In this document: positions 28,923-38,975 of the stretch, piece by piece | Position numbering within the stretch: the stretch's first letter is position 1 | Layout of the letters: every line of letters begins with the position of its first letter | Assembly (NCBI GenBank): GCA_963692865.2 | Contig: OY843592.1 | Location: 256,001 to 320,000 of the forward strand | DNA: 64,000 nucleotides | Direction: 5' to 3' | DNA from: a bacterium | Lineage (GTDB): Bacteria > UBA8248 | The notes under the pieces: model-generated | The model's database searches: none | What the model was told of the DNA's origin: nothing | The model's input: only the letters and a program-made list of their open reading frames with translations | Program-made: the position numbers and the translations under genes

Positions 28923-30340
28923 TAAAGGTCGGGTTTTCTTTTCCGCCATTCGGGGGTTGCTTCCTCGTAGGCGTGGCCGACCCGGAACCCGCGCGCCTCA
29001 TCGCCGGGGCGGGTCGTGATCTGCATCGCCATGGGGAGTCCGTGCGCCGTATCGAAGCCCGTGGGAACCATCAGCCCGGGGAAGCCGAGAAAGTTCTGCA
29101 CCCCCGTGAGGTTGCGCCCCAGGCCGATGAAGTCCACTTCCTTTCCGTTTACGCTCGCCGTGGTCGTCTCCACGGGCGCGGCGAGGCAGGGGTAGCCGGG
29201 CGAGAGCATGGCGTCGTAAGGCTTCATGAGGTCGAGCATCCGGCGGGTGATCACCTTGCGGTGGTTCACCGCGTCGATATAGGTCGCCAGCGTGGTTTTC
29301 TCGGCGTTGGCAATTCTTTCTTGTAAGCGCACTCCGTAGCCTTGCGGGTTGTCGCGGTAGCGCTCGCCGTGGACGCGGTAGAATTCCGCGTCCGCGATGG
29401 CCCGGCGGTGGGGGTTGATCTCCCCCGCGAAGGGACAGGGCGCCTCTTCGACCTCCGCGCCCAGCCCGCGCAGCGCGTCGAGCGCCGCCTCGAACGCCTC
29501 CACGATGGGCGCATCGATCTCGACGTCGATCAGATCGCTAGAGACCATGAAGCGCATGCCGCCGACGCCCTTCTCCAGGCCAGCGGAAAAATCGGGCGTT
29601 TCCATCCCGGCGGAGAACGGGTCGGCCGCGTCGTAGCCCGCTATCGCCTGGAGCAGCAAAGCGCAATCGCGCACCGTTCGCGTCAGGGGCCCCACGTGGT
29701 CGAGGCTCGTCGCATTGGGATACACGCCGCGCAGGCTGATGCGTCCGTAGGTCGGTTTCAGGCCCACCACGCCGCAGATCGCCGCAGGCCCCCGCACGGA
29801 GCCCCCGGTATCGGTGCCGAGCGCCCCGGGCGCCATGCGGGCGGCGACCGCGGCGCCCGATCCGCCGCTCGAACCCGCGGGCACGCGGGAGACGTCCCAG
29901 GGGTTGCGGCACGCCCCGTGGTGGGGATTCTTGGTGGCCGATTCGGCGGCGAACTCCGCCGTGTTGCACTTGCCGATCATCACGGCGCCCGCCTCGCGGA
30001 GCCGCCGGACGCATTCGGCGTCCTGCGCCGGCACGTTGTCCCGGAAAAAACTCGAACCCTGCGTGGTGCGCACGCCCGCCGTGTCGATGATGTCCTTGAC
30101 GCCGACCGGCACGCCGTGCAGCGGCCCGCGAATCCTGCCCGCCACGATTTCTTCTTCGGCCGCCTTCGCCTCGGCGCGCGCCCGCTCGTGCGCGACGGTG
30201 GTGAACGCGTTCAGGACCGGGTTCAAGGCGTCGATGCGCGCCAAGTGCGCTTCGGTCACTTCGACGGGGGACAGTTCTCGGCAAGCGATTTTTTCCGACA
30301 AATCACCGATCGTGAGATCGTAGATTTCGGTTGCACTCAT
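28922..30340 (-). CDS. Amidase signature family protein (GatA-like)
   Basis: GPLHGVPVGVKD, GSSGGSGAAVAA, GTDTGGSVRGPA. Confidence 0.95.
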   Translation of the reverse strand: MSATEIYDLTIGDLSEKIACRELSPVEVTEAHLARIDALNPVLNAFTTVAHERARAEAKAAEEEIVAGRIRGPLHGVPVGVKDIIDTAGVRTTQGSSFFRDNVPAQDAECVRRLREAGAVMIGKCNTAEFAAESATKNPHHGACRNPWDVSRVPAGSSGGSGAAVAARMAPGALGTDTGGSVRGPAAICGVVGLKPTYGRISLRGVYPNATSLDHVGPLTRTVRDCALLLQAIAGYDAADPFSAGMETPDFSAGLEKGVGGMRFMVSSDLIDVEIDAPIVEAFEAALDALRGLGAEVEEAPCPFAGEINPHRRAIADAEFYRVHGERYRDNPQGYGVRLQERIANAEKTTLATYIDAVNHRKVITRRMLDLMKPYDAMLSPGYPCLAAPVETTTASVNGKEVDFIGLGRNLTGVQNFLGFPGLMVPTGFDTAHGLPMAMQITTRPGDEARGFRVGHAYEEATPEWRKRKPDL

Positions 30341-30632
30341 TCTCATATCCTCGATTGAGTGTGGATGACCTGATGAACGAGAAATTCCGGTCTTCCGGGC
30401 GATGCCATGCGCCATTATTCGGGCCAAACATCTTAACAGGTTTCGGGAGCGGGGCTAAGGAGCCTGGCACATCAGCCGCTTTTCCGCTTGCCTCATCCGG
30501 CCAGAGAGAGACCTCCCGCGGTTCGGCGCGCAGGCCAAAAGTGCTAGGATGATTTCTCGTTTCCATCAATCTTATAGAGAGCGTCCCCCGGCGAAGACCG
30601 GGCGGCCTCATCACCCAGCAAAGGAGCGCGTC

Positions 30633-31808
30633 ATGCCGGAAGCACCCGCCAACACCCGATGGTTCACCTATTTCCCCGAGGATTACCGCTGGTCCTCGGG
30701 CGTCGTGAACTGCCTCTCCGTGGCCCCCTGGGGCGGAGCCGATATCGGCGAGGTCGACCAGGTGGGCAGGCGGCTCAGGAAAGACGTCGGCAACGACGCG
30801 CTCTGGTTCCGCGAGTGGGTGCGCATGGCGAACAAGGTGCGCGATTCAGGGCTTGAGGCGGAGGAGAAAAAACACCGACTGAGCGCCGCCTACCACCACA
30901 AGCGCGCGGCGATGTACTACCAGATCGGGGAGCGCTTCCGTACGCCCAAGGACAAGCGGGCGAAAGACGCCTACAAGCTCGCGCTCGACAGCTTCCTGCG
31001 CTTCACGAAGCTCACCGACGCGCCCCGAATCGAGCGCGTGGAAGTGCCGTATGAGAACGGCGTGAACCTGCCGGGGTATTTCGTCCACGCGCAGAACACG
31101 AAAAAGGCCAGGCCGCCCGTCGTCGTCTACTTCGACGGGCTCGACATCACGAAGGAGATTCAATACCTGAGGGGCGTCGAGGAATTCGTGCGGCGCGGCA
31201 TGAGTTGCCTGGTCATGGACGGGCCGGGAACGGGCGAGGCCATAAGATTCCGCGAGCAATACCTCCGGCCCGACTATGAAGTCGCAGGCGCCGCCGCTCT
31301 CGATTATCTGGAGACGCGCGGGGACGTGAACGCGCGCAAGGCCGCCGTAATCGGCATCAGCCTGGGCGGTTACTACGCGCCTCGCATCGCCAGCATGGAG
31401 AGGCGCTACAAGGCGTGCGTCGCCTGGGGGGCGTGCTGGGATTACCACGCGACGTGGAAAAAGCGCGTCGCCGCCTCGATGCAGACGGAACTCTCCGTGC
31501 CGGGACACCACATCCTGTGGATTTTCAACACCAGGAATTTCGAGGACACCTTCGAGAAACTCGAAGGCTTTCGTCTCGACGGCGTGGTGCAGAAGATGCG
31601 GTGCCCGTTCCTGCTCACCCACGGAATCGACGACAAGCAGGTGCCCACGCGCGACGCGCGCAAGCTGTTCAATGCCGTGGGCTCGAAGGACAAGACGCTC
31701 AAGATATTCACCGTCAGGGAGGGCGGCTCCCAGCACTGCCAGCGCGACAACCTCTCGCTCGGCGTGACCTACATCGCGGATTGGCTGATGGAGAAGCTCA
31801 GGCCGTGA
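30633..31808 (+). CDS. Alpha/beta hydrolase (2,6-dihydroxypseudooxynicotine hydrolase-like)
   Basis: GLDITKE, DGPGTGE, GISLGGYYAPR nucleophile elbow, GGSQHCQ. Confidence 0.85.
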   Translation: MPEAPANTRWFTYFPEDYRWSSGVVNCLSVAPWGGADIGEVDQVGRRLRKDVGNDALWFREWVRMANKVRDSGLEAEEKKHRLSAAYHHKRAAMYYQIGERFRTPKDKRAKDAYKLALDSFLRFTKLTDAPRIERVEVPYENGVNLPGYFVHAQNTKKARPPVVVYFDGLDITKEIQYLRGVEEFVRRGMSCLVMDGPGTGEAIRFREQYLRPDYEVAGAAALDYLETRGDVNARKAAVIGISLGGYYAPRIASMERRYKACVAWGACWDYHATWKKRVAASMQTELSVPGHHILWIFNTRNFEDTFEKLEGFRLDGVVQKMRCPFLLTHGIDDKQVPTRDARKLFNAVGSKDKTLKIFTVREGGSQHCQRDNLSLGVTYIADWLMEKLRP

Positions 31809-31851
31809 GGTCAGACCCGACCGGGGAGAGAGGGGTTCGACGGTTTTGGTC

Positions 31852-32102
31852 GTCATTCCGGCGCATGCCGGAATCCAGAGCCGATGAGGATGAAGAGACA
31901 GGGCATTTCATGGCCTCTCATTGAAACGAATCCGAAGAGCAAAAAGACAAAGGCCGAAACCCCTGGATTCCGGCATGCGCCGGAATGACGGCGCAAAAGC
32001 CGGGTAATCGCAGGGACAGGCCCCCGTGCCTGTCCTGATGGAGGCGAATCAAGGAAAGGAACAACCACAGGGGCAGGACAACCCAAAAGGGTTATCCCTA
32101 CA
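31852..32102. repeat. CGTC-type double palindrome plus GTAG-type hairpins between convergent genes
   Basis: GTCATTCCGGCGCATGCCGGAATCCA...TGGATTCCGGCATGCGCCGGAATGAC, then GGGACAGGCCCCCGTGCCTGTCC and ..CCCTACA. Confidence 0.8.
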
Positions 32103-32105
32103 GCC

Positions 32106-32729
32106 TCACACCCCATTCAGCCACTCCTCCGCCTCCCTCCGGACGGCCGCCTCCTCCGGGCTGTGTTGAAGCACGATGTTCCTGGCGGGCGGGTGGCCGA
32201 TTTTCGCGTTTCGCCAGCAATGGTAGCGAATGGCTGCGGGGTATCCTGAAAGATCGATGGAGGCGTAGAACGAGTCGGGGACTTCGTCGGGCTTGTAGGG
32301 GTCCATCCTGTCTTTTTCGTAGATGTTGGTCCGTTGCCAGATGCGCCACGCGCCGTCTCTTTTTTCGAGCAGGGCGAGCACGCGGCTCCAGGTCGTGAAG
32401 TCGAGTTCCACGCCGTCGATGAGCCTCCTCTGGTAGAGGATCAGGTCGTGCTCGGCGGCGGCGCGCGCGCCGCTCAGGCGAACCCAGGGGTTCGTTACGG
32501 TGTGTTTCTGGCTCTCGCCGGGGTGGCGGGCGATTTTCATCTTCTTCGCGGCGTCCACGAACTCATCCCGCGCGCCGCTGAACCAGGAGGTGGTGAGCGT
32601 GGCGTCTGCGTGATAACAATCGCGCCACTCCTCCCAGAGGCCGGCGTCGCGCGCGTAGTTCACTACCGAGAGAACGTCTTTTATCTCGCTCTTGTCGGCG
32701 CTATCCTGAATTCTTCCCTCCGCTTCCAT
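32106..32729 (-). CDS. SnoaL-like / NTF2-family protein
   Basis: DKSEIKD..YARDAG.W..CYHADA; LEKRDGAWRI..IYEKD. Confidence 0.8.
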   Translation of the reverse strand: MEAEGRIQDSADKSEIKDVLSVVNYARDAGLWEEWRDCYHADATLTTSWFSGARDEFVDAAKKMKIARHPGESQKHTVTNPWVRLSGARAAAEHDLILYQRRLIDGVELDFTTWSRVLALLEKRDGAWRIWQRTNIYEKDRMDPYKPDEVPDSFYASIDLSGYPAAIRYHCWRNAKIGHPPARNIVLQHSPEEAAVRREAEEWLNGV

Positions 32730-32738
32730 GGCGCCTCC

Positions 32739-33155
32739 TCACACGAACTCGTGCACTTCGGCGAACATGCCCTTCACGACGCCCCCGCTCAGGTGGCCGA
32801 CCAGGACTTCGCCCGGCTGATAGGGGCCGCCGCTCAGCGCCAGGTGGAGGTGGATGTAGGGCCGGGGTTCTTCCCACGTCTCATCGTCGCGGACGGCGGG
32901 CGGCTTCTCGGGCCAGGAGATGTTGCCCACGGCGATGAGTTCGCGCCAGTCGTGGAAATAGCGCCGCGCCGAGGGGCCGATGACCTCCCTGAACCCCGTG
33001 CGGATGTCCGATTCCTTGAGCGCGCCGAACACGATGAGCGAGGCGCTTCGTATGTTCTTCTCCATCACGAAACGCTCGAATTCTTCAAAAAAATCATCGT
33101 CCTCATCAAATTCCAGATGAAAGACGCGCCCCAGTTTTTTCTCTTCCGCTCGCAT
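32739..33155 (-). CDS. PPC-domain (DUF296) protein
   Basis: GRVFHLEF, GAL, ELIAVGNI, HLHLAL, GHL. Confidence 0.8.
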   Translation of the reverse strand: MRAEEKKLGRVFHLEFDEDDDFFEEFERFVMEKNIRSASLIVFGALKESDIRTGFREVIGPSARRYFHDWRELIAVGNISWPEKPPAVRDDETWEEPRPYIHLHLALSGGPYQPGEVLVGHLSGGVVKGMFAEVHEFV

Positions 33156-33157
33156 CC

Positions 33158-34021
33158 CTATCCCTCCTTCACCTCCGCGTAGAGGTTTTCGAGCCCCCGC
33201 CGGAAAGTCCGCCGCCTGTGCGCGATCCACGATTCGCCCCGCCCCGTATCGGACCAGAAGAATTTCTCGAACGAATCGTCGGTTGAGGCTTCATCCTGCA
33301 TCATGCCCTTATCCACCAATCCCTCCATGATTCCCCACATCTCCTCGAATTCGTTCCTGAAGCGCCGCACCTCCTCTATTCCGCATATCTCCCCGTGGCC
33401 GGGGACGACGTGCGCGGCGGGCAGGCTCTCGATCCGCGCGAGCGCCCCGATCCACTCTCTAAAACGCGCCTCGCGCATGCCGGGGCCCGGCTCGTTGATC
33501 ATCACGTCGCCCGTGAAGATCACGCCTTCCTCGGGCACGTACACCGAACTGCAGGCGGGCGTGTGGCCGCCCAGGCGGTATATCTCGAACGTCAGTGGAT
33601 GGAGGTGGAGCGTCATCCCTTGATCGAAGCACACCTGCGGCAGGGGAAGAACGGCCTCCGCAATCTCTCTCGCCTCATCATGCGCGCCGATGTCGTTCAA
33701 GGTGTTGATGAAGGTATCGCGGCCGGCGAGAGAGCCTTCCTTCGCGGCGAGCGCGTCGTATACGCGCTGGGGCGCGATGGAGATAACTCCTTCATCTTCG
33801 ATGAACGCCGCGCCGATGGCGTGATCGCCGTGATAGTCCGTGGCAATGCGGTAGCGGATGCCCTTTGGGCTGAGCGCCCGCAGTTTTTCCTGCCAGCTTC
33901 TGGAATCCGAAGACCGCACGGGGCAGTCGATGAGCACCACGCCGGCCCCGGTGACGCCCGCGCCCACGTTCGCCCAGAGATATTCCGTCTCCGCCACGAG
34001 ATGATCGCTCAGGCGCCGCAT
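33158..34021 (-). CDS. MBL-fold metallo-hydrolase (cyclase-like)
   Basis: VLID, TDYHGDH, GHT, FTGD, VPGHG. Confidence 0.88.
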   Translation of the reverse strand: MRRLSDHLVAETEYLWANVGAGVTGAGVVLIDCPVRSSDSRSWQEKLRALSPKGIRYRIATDYHGDHAIGAAFIEDEGVISIAPQRVYDALAAKEGSLAGRDTFINTLNDIGAHDEAREIAEAVLPLPQVCFDQGMTLHLHPLTFEIYRLGGHTPACSSVYVPEEGVIFTGDVMINEPGPGMREARFREWIGALARIESLPAAHVVPGHGEICGIEEVRRFRNEFEEMWGIMEGLVDKGMMQDEASTDDSFEKFFWSDTGRGESWIAHRRRTFRRGLENLYAEVKEG

Positions 34022-34111
34022 TTTCTTTTCCGTCCATACGAAAAACGCAGAGGCGGGGGCGCGAAGCACACCCCCGCCAAGGCTATGAGTTTGCTATGAA
34101 CGCCCGGGTCT

Positions 34112-35101
34112 TCAGTTTCTGATCTTCACCCCTGCGTTCTTGTAGATGTCCTTGTTGCTCTCGTATTCCGCCCTCACCTCTTTCAGGAGCTTCTCGCCGA
34201 CGACAGGCTCGGCCTTGACGCCCATTTTCCTGAGCAGGCGCTTGAAGGTCTTGTCCTTCGCCATTTTGAGGAGGGCCTTCGTCAGGATGTCGATTCGGTC
34301 CTTGGGCGTTCCCGCGGGCGCCATGATGATGCGCTTCGAAGACAGCAGGAGGTTCACGCCCTGCTCCCTGAAGGTCGGCACGTCCGGGAAAAGCGGGAAG
34401 CGCTTCGCGGCCGCCACGCCCAGAATTCGGATTTTGCCGGACTTGTAGTTGGAGAGAACGCCGCCCGTCGCCGGGTTGGCGCCCGCCGTCTGCACGTGTC
34501 CGCCCAGCATGGCCTTCATGGCCGGGCCGCCGCCGCGGAAGGGAACGTGGGGCAACGGCGCCTTCGTGTCGTAGGCGATCTTGAGCATCATGGTGTGGCT
34601 CAGGCCATACGTCCCCGTCGAGCCGTGCTTGATCTTGCCTTTGCTCTTTTTCGCCGCGGCGATGTATTCCTTGAAGTTCTTCCACGGCTGGTTCCCCAGC
34701 GTGGCCAGCATGTAGGGAAGTTCGTTGATCTGGAACACGGGGATGAAATCCTTGAACGGGTCGAAGCCCATGTCCTTCACGTGGGGCGACATGTAGAGGT
34801 GGCTGTTCGCGCCCATCGCGAGGGTGTAGCCGTCGGGCTTGGCGCGCTTGAGCGCTCCCATCCCTATCTTTCCGCCGCCGCCCGGCATGAGCTGCACGTA
34901 AGCGGGCTGGCCGATGTACTGGTGCAGCACGCTGGCCACGGCGCGCGAATGGAGGTCGTGCGAGCCGCCCGCGCCCAGGGGCACGATGATCTTGATGGGT
35001 TTCGAGGGATACTTCTCCGCCGCGGCGGGCATGGCGGTGAAAGCGAGGAGCCCGAACGACAAGACTACCGCCAGGGCGATCTTCCAGGATTTGCGCATCA
35101 T
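34112..35101 (-). CDS. Tripartite tricarboxylate transporter substrate-binding protein (Bug/TctC)
   Basis: Signal peptide, YPSKPIKIIVP.GAGG, PDGYTL, VPFRGGG, PDVPTFRE. Confidence 0.93.
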   Translation of the reverse strand: MMRKSWKIALAVVLSFGLLAFTAMPAAAEKYPSKPIKIIVPLGAGGSHDLHSRAVASVLHQYIGQPAYVQLMPGGGGKIGMGALKRAKPDGYTLAMGANSHLYMSPHVKDMGFDPFKDFIPVFQINELPYMLATLGNQPWKNFKEYIAAAKKSKGKIKHGSTGTYGLSHTMMLKIAYDTKAPLPHVPFRGGGPAMKAMLGGHVQTAGANPATGGVLSNYKSGKIRILGVAAAKRFPLFPDVPTFREQGVNLLLSSKRIIMAPAGTPKDRIDILTKALLKMAKDKTFKRLLRKMGVKAEPVVGEKLLKEVRAEYESNKDIYKNAGVKIRN

Positions 35102-36636
35102 TTTGGTTCCTCCTTTGAATTGGATGAATCGGCAACCGTTTGCGGCCTTAAGGTCTCGGCCCACGGCCGCTTCCACATGCTCGTCACCAGCATGAGTATG
35201 GTCATACCGATGAAAAACGCCGCGATGGGGCGGGTGATGAAAACCGAATAATCGCCGTCGGAAATGATAAGCGCCTGCTGTAAGGCTTCTTCCGCCCGGG
35301 GCGCCAGGATGAACGCGATGACGAGCGGGGCCATCGGAAATTTGAGTTTTCTCAACCCGTATCCGAACAGGCCCGCGATGAGAGCGAGAATGAGGTCGCC
35401 CAGGTTGCTGTGATATACGTACGCCCCCACCAGACAGGAGACGATGATGCCCGGCACAAGCAGCGACTGCCGGATGTTGACTATCCTGGCGAACATGCCC
35501 GTCAGGAGCCAGCCCTGGATCAGCATGATGGGGTTCCCGATCAGCAGCAGGGTGAAGATGGCGTACATGACGGGGGCGTGTTCCTGGAAAAGGCTCGGCC
35601 CCGGCCGCAGCCCCTGCGCGATGAACGCGCCCATGAGAATCGCCGCGCTCGGATCCCCCGGAATGCCGAACGTGAGGGTGGGGATGAGGTCCGCGCCCGC
35701 GACCGCGCTGTTGGCGGCTTCGGAGGCCGCGACGCCCTCGTAGCTGCCTTTTCCGTATTCTTCGGGTTTCTTGGAAGCCCGTTTCGCCGCCGCGTAGCTC
35801 ACGAAGGTGGCGATGGCCGCTCCCGTGCCCGGAATCGCGCCCACGAAGGTGCCTATCATGGACGAGCGCACGATGGTGCGCGCCGAATGCCATACCTCGA
35901 TGATCTTGAGTGTCCTGCCGCCTCGCAGATGCAGGGTATCGGGCGGGCTCGAGAGGACGGAGGCCTTTTTTTCCGCCTGTATTAACACCTCGCTCACGGC
36001 GAAAAGCCCGATGAGCAGGGGAACCACCCCAATTCCTTCGGCCAGTCCGTGAAGACCGAACGTGAAGCGCTCTCCGCCCGAGACGATGTCCGTGCCCACC
36101 ATGCCGAGTTGGAGTCCGATGATGGCCGACAGCACGCCCTTCACCAGGGAGGCGCCCGTCACGCTGGAGATGATGGCCAGCCCCATGAGCAGGAGCCCGA
36201 AGAACTCGGCCGGCCCGAACATGAGCGCCACGGCGGCCAGCGGAAGCGCTGCGAGAATCAGCACGAGATCGCTGAAGGTATCGCCTATGGTGGAGGAGTA
36301 GAGCGCCATCTGGATCGCGCTCCTCGCCTCTCCTTTTTGCGCGAGCGGAAACCCGTCCATACACGTCGCCGCCGCGGGCGCGGTTCCCGGCGTATTCACC
36401 AGAATCGCGGGGATGGAGCCTCCGAAGAGCGTCCCCTTGTGAATCCCCAGCAGGAAGGGAATCCCCAGCACGGGAGGCATGAAAAAAGAGAAGGGAACCA
36501 GAATCGCCGTCGCCATCACGCTGGTGAGCCCCGGAATCGCGCCCACCGTGATCCCCACGAAGACGCCAAGCGCAATCATGGCGATACCCTGCCACGTGAG
36601 CGCCATCATGACTCCCTGGAGTATCTGTTCGAACAT
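35098..36636 (-). CDS. Tripartite tricarboxylate transporter large permease TctA
   Basis: GAIPGL, NTPGT, EAANSA, PTLTFGIPG, GLRPGP. Confidence 0.94.
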   Translation of the reverse strand: MFEQILQGVMMALTWQGIAMIALGVFVGITVGAIPGLTSVMATAILVPFSFFMPPVLGIPFLLGIHKGTLFGGSIPAILVNTPGTAPAAATCMDGFPLAQKGEARSAIQMALYSSTIGDTFSDLVLILAALPLAAVALMFGPAEFFGLLLMGLAIISSVTGASLVKGVLSAIIGLQLGMVGTDIVSGGERFTFGLHGLAEGIGVVPLLIGLFAVSEVLIQAEKKASVLSSPPDTLHLRGGRTLKIIEVWHSARTIVRSSMIGTFVGAIPGTGAAIATFVSYAAAKRASKKPEEYGKGSYEGVAASEAANSAVAGADLIPTLTFGIPGDPSAAILMGAFIAQGLRPGPSLFQEHAPVMYAIFTLLLIGNPIMLIQGWLLTGMFARIVNIRQSLLVPGIIVSCLVGAYVYHSNLGDLILALIAGLFGYGLRKLKFPMAPLVIAFILAPRAEEALQQALIISDGDYSVFITRPIAAFFIGMTILMLVTSMWKRPWAETLRPQTVADSSNSKEEPK

Positions 36637-36643
36637 ACGCGCT

Positions 36644-37120
36644 CTAACTGAAAAAGCTGCCCTCGGGCAGCGCCAGCTTGAAGGCGAACCAGAAGAAATA
36701 GTTCACCACGATGGGAAACAGGATCGACATCGCCGCGACGTAACGCCAGTCACGCGTGCCCATGGACGCCACAAGGATTGCGAGAAAAACGGGCGTACTC
36801 ACCAGAAAGCCGAAATACGCCAAAGACTCGACGTAGACGTAGCTGAGGACGAAAACGCCGCAGACTTGGCATAGCGCTCTTTTGCTCGTAATCGTTTGCC
36901 CGCCCGCTTCACTCCGCCTGAGAGCCCCGAAGAGGAACATCGCGCTCACCAACGCGAATGCGATGACGGCGGAAGTAGGGAAGAAAGTGGGCAGAAAGAC
37001 GGCGTTTGTTACTTCCTCGGGCGGAATGGCGTATTGAATCTGAGTGGGAATGATGTAGAAAAAGCCGATGACGCTATAGACGATAAAAATGACGGCTGTG
37101 CAAATATCGGCTTTCCGCAC
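36644..37120 (-). CDS. Tripartite tricarboxylate transporter small permease TctB
   Basis: 4 TM, PTFFP, GFLVST, LALPEG end; operon context. Confidence 0.85.
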   Translation of the reverse strand: MRKADICTAVIFIVYSVIGFFYIIPTQIQYAIPPEEVTNAVFLPTFFPTSAVIAFALVSAMFLFGALRRSEAGGQTITSKRALCQVCGVFVLSYVYVESLAYFGFLVSTPVFLAILVASMGTRDWRYVAAMSILFPIVVNYFFWFAFKLALPEGSFFS

Positions 37121-37370
37121 GTCCGGCCCTCTTCACGGATGTGGAATCCACGCCTCCCTCATACATACTCCCGCCGAGGACAGGCCTTGATTCCGGGACG
37201 CTAAAACCGCCTCGCATCTTTTCTGCGTGTATAAAGCAGGCTAACAAGAATCGCCGCGCGTGTCATCCTGGAACCACATCCGAGGACGGCGTGAAAGATC
37301 GCGTTCATTGTGGGAAGATGAACCATTCATCAGAAAAATCCGGAACTCGCGTTCGATGAGGAGTCATCCC

Positions 37371-38024
37371 GTGTCCAGAGTCCCTTTGCTCCAAAGAGAA
37401 AGCGCGGAGGGAGAGGTCGCGCGCACTTTCGACATCCTGAACAACTTCCAGCGCAGGCAGGTCAACTCCACCCGCGCGACGGCGCACTCCCCGTTTCTGG
37501 CCCGCATCTTCTATCCCCTCGTCCAGACGCTGATGCGCGAGGGGCTCGGCACCGTGCTGTCCTCGAAGATCAAAGAGATCGCCGTCATCAAGACCAGCCA
37601 GTTGAACGGATGCGACTACTGACTCGCCCACAACACAGCCCTCGGCCGTGTGCTGGGAATCACCGAAGATCACGCCGCCGCCATCGGGTCGGATGAGTAC
37701 ATGGATTCGCCGCTCCTCACGCCCAGAGAGAAGGCGACCGTCCTCTGGGCCGAACACGTGACGCGCAACACCGCCAAGGTCCGGGACGACGTGGCGGAGG
37801 AAGTGCAGAGACACTTCTCGGATGCGGAGTTCGTGGAGCTCACCTTCGTCATCAGCTACTTCAACATGCGAAACCGCTACCACGATTCTCTCAAGCTGCC
37901 GAACGACGAGATAGACATCATCGAGGACGTCGGCCGCCTCCGGCCCGATCCGGCGAAGCTAAAGGCGTTCCTGCAAGAGGTGCTGGACAACTGGCCGGAC
38001 GCCTTCCCCGAACCCAACGATTGA
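37371..38024 (+). CDS. AhpD/carboxymuconolactone decarboxylase-family protein with CxxU (probable selenocysteine, codon 84)
   Basis: KIKEIAVIKTSQLNG-CDY-TGA-LAHN; the two ORF halves (to 37622 and 37650-38024) share one frame; GAGGAG RBS before GTG 37371. Confidence 0.87.
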
Positions 38025-38102
38025 GGTCATCCGCGCGGAAAGACAAGCGGAAAGATAAAACGACGAACATCCATGAACCACGCCAAAGAGGAGAAGCGAT
38101 AA

Positions 38103-38828
38103 ATGGACCGAGGAATCTGGGCGGTATGGTACGACCTTCCCGAAGAGGGATCGGATGAATACGTCTCCTGGCTTCATGAGGTCCACATCCCCGAAGCGCT
38201 CGCGCGTCCGGGCTACCTCTGGGCGGCGCACGTCAAGAACATCGTCACGACCGAGCGCGAGGAGCGAATCCGGGGAGTCGTCCACCACACGGGCGATGCC
38301 AGCGTTCCCACGGGGGTGCAGTACCTGATGCTCTACGGCGCCCTTTCGCCGAACGCTTTTCTGGACCCGAGTCCCGAACAGATGGCGGAGAAGATGACGG
38401 CGGAGACACTCGCAATGCTCGGCAGGCGTATGAACGCGCGATCCTGCATCTTCATGGAGCACAACCGGATCGACGGCCCGGAATTCAAGACCCGCGCGCC
38501 GGGCATCACCCCCGGCCCCGGCATCCAGTTCGGGACCTTCAACATCAACGCCGTCGAGAACGAGGACGAACTCGGCTGCTGGTATTCCCAGGTGCGGATG
38601 CCGCGCCTCACGGGCATGGAAGGCTGCGTCGGCGCGCGGAACCTCGTCTCCGTCTCGGGCTGGGCGAAGCACGGGATACTCTATGAGTGGGTATCCCTGG
38701 AATCGCTCCAGAAGAATTTCACGACGGAGAAGATACCGCGTTCGCGCCGCGCTGTGGACACCCTCGTCCACGCGCCCAGCTCCCCCAGCCTCGGCGAGCG
38801 CATCTGGCCGCCGGCGGCGGGTGGGTGA
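38103..38828 (+). CDS. Hypothetical protein with two EthD/DUF4286-like dimeric alpha-beta barrel repeats
   Basis: EYVSWLHEVHIPE..PG and ELGCWYSQVRMP..EG repeats; GAGGAG RBS. Confidence 0.65.
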   Translation: MDRGIWAVWYDLPEEGSDEYVSWLHEVHIPEALARPGYLWAAHVKNIVTTEREERIRGVVHHTGDASVPTGVQYLMLYGALSPNAFLDPSPEQMAEKMTAETLAMLGRRMNARSCIFMEHNRIDGPEFKTRAPGITPGPGIQFGTFNINAVENEDELGCWYSQVRMPRLTGMEGCVGARNLVSVSGWAKHGILYEWVSLESLQKNFTTEKIPRSRRAVDTLVHAPSSPSLGERIWPPAAGG

Positions 38829-38975
38829 AAATGAATTTCGAATTCAATAATGGTTGGTCTACGAATTTCCCGGCGTTGAATGAATTGCAGAGATGCCGAA
38901 TGCTTGGGAACTGATACATAATATGCTTTGGAATGGATCGACAAATGATTGTAACGTGTCAGCTGAGATGCCGAA

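Noticed and set aside
34112-36595. 827-aa ORF suggesting a large TctC fusion
   Set aside because: The N-terminal ~500 aa is an off-frame overlap with tctA; the real tctC starts at 35101 with an RBS and signal peptide
12000-38024. Genome-wide TGA reassignment (Trp/Gly) instead of selenocysteine
   Set aside because: Many genes (serS, dnaX, ybaB, darT, mod) end normally at TGA; read-through is implied only at catalytic-Cys positions
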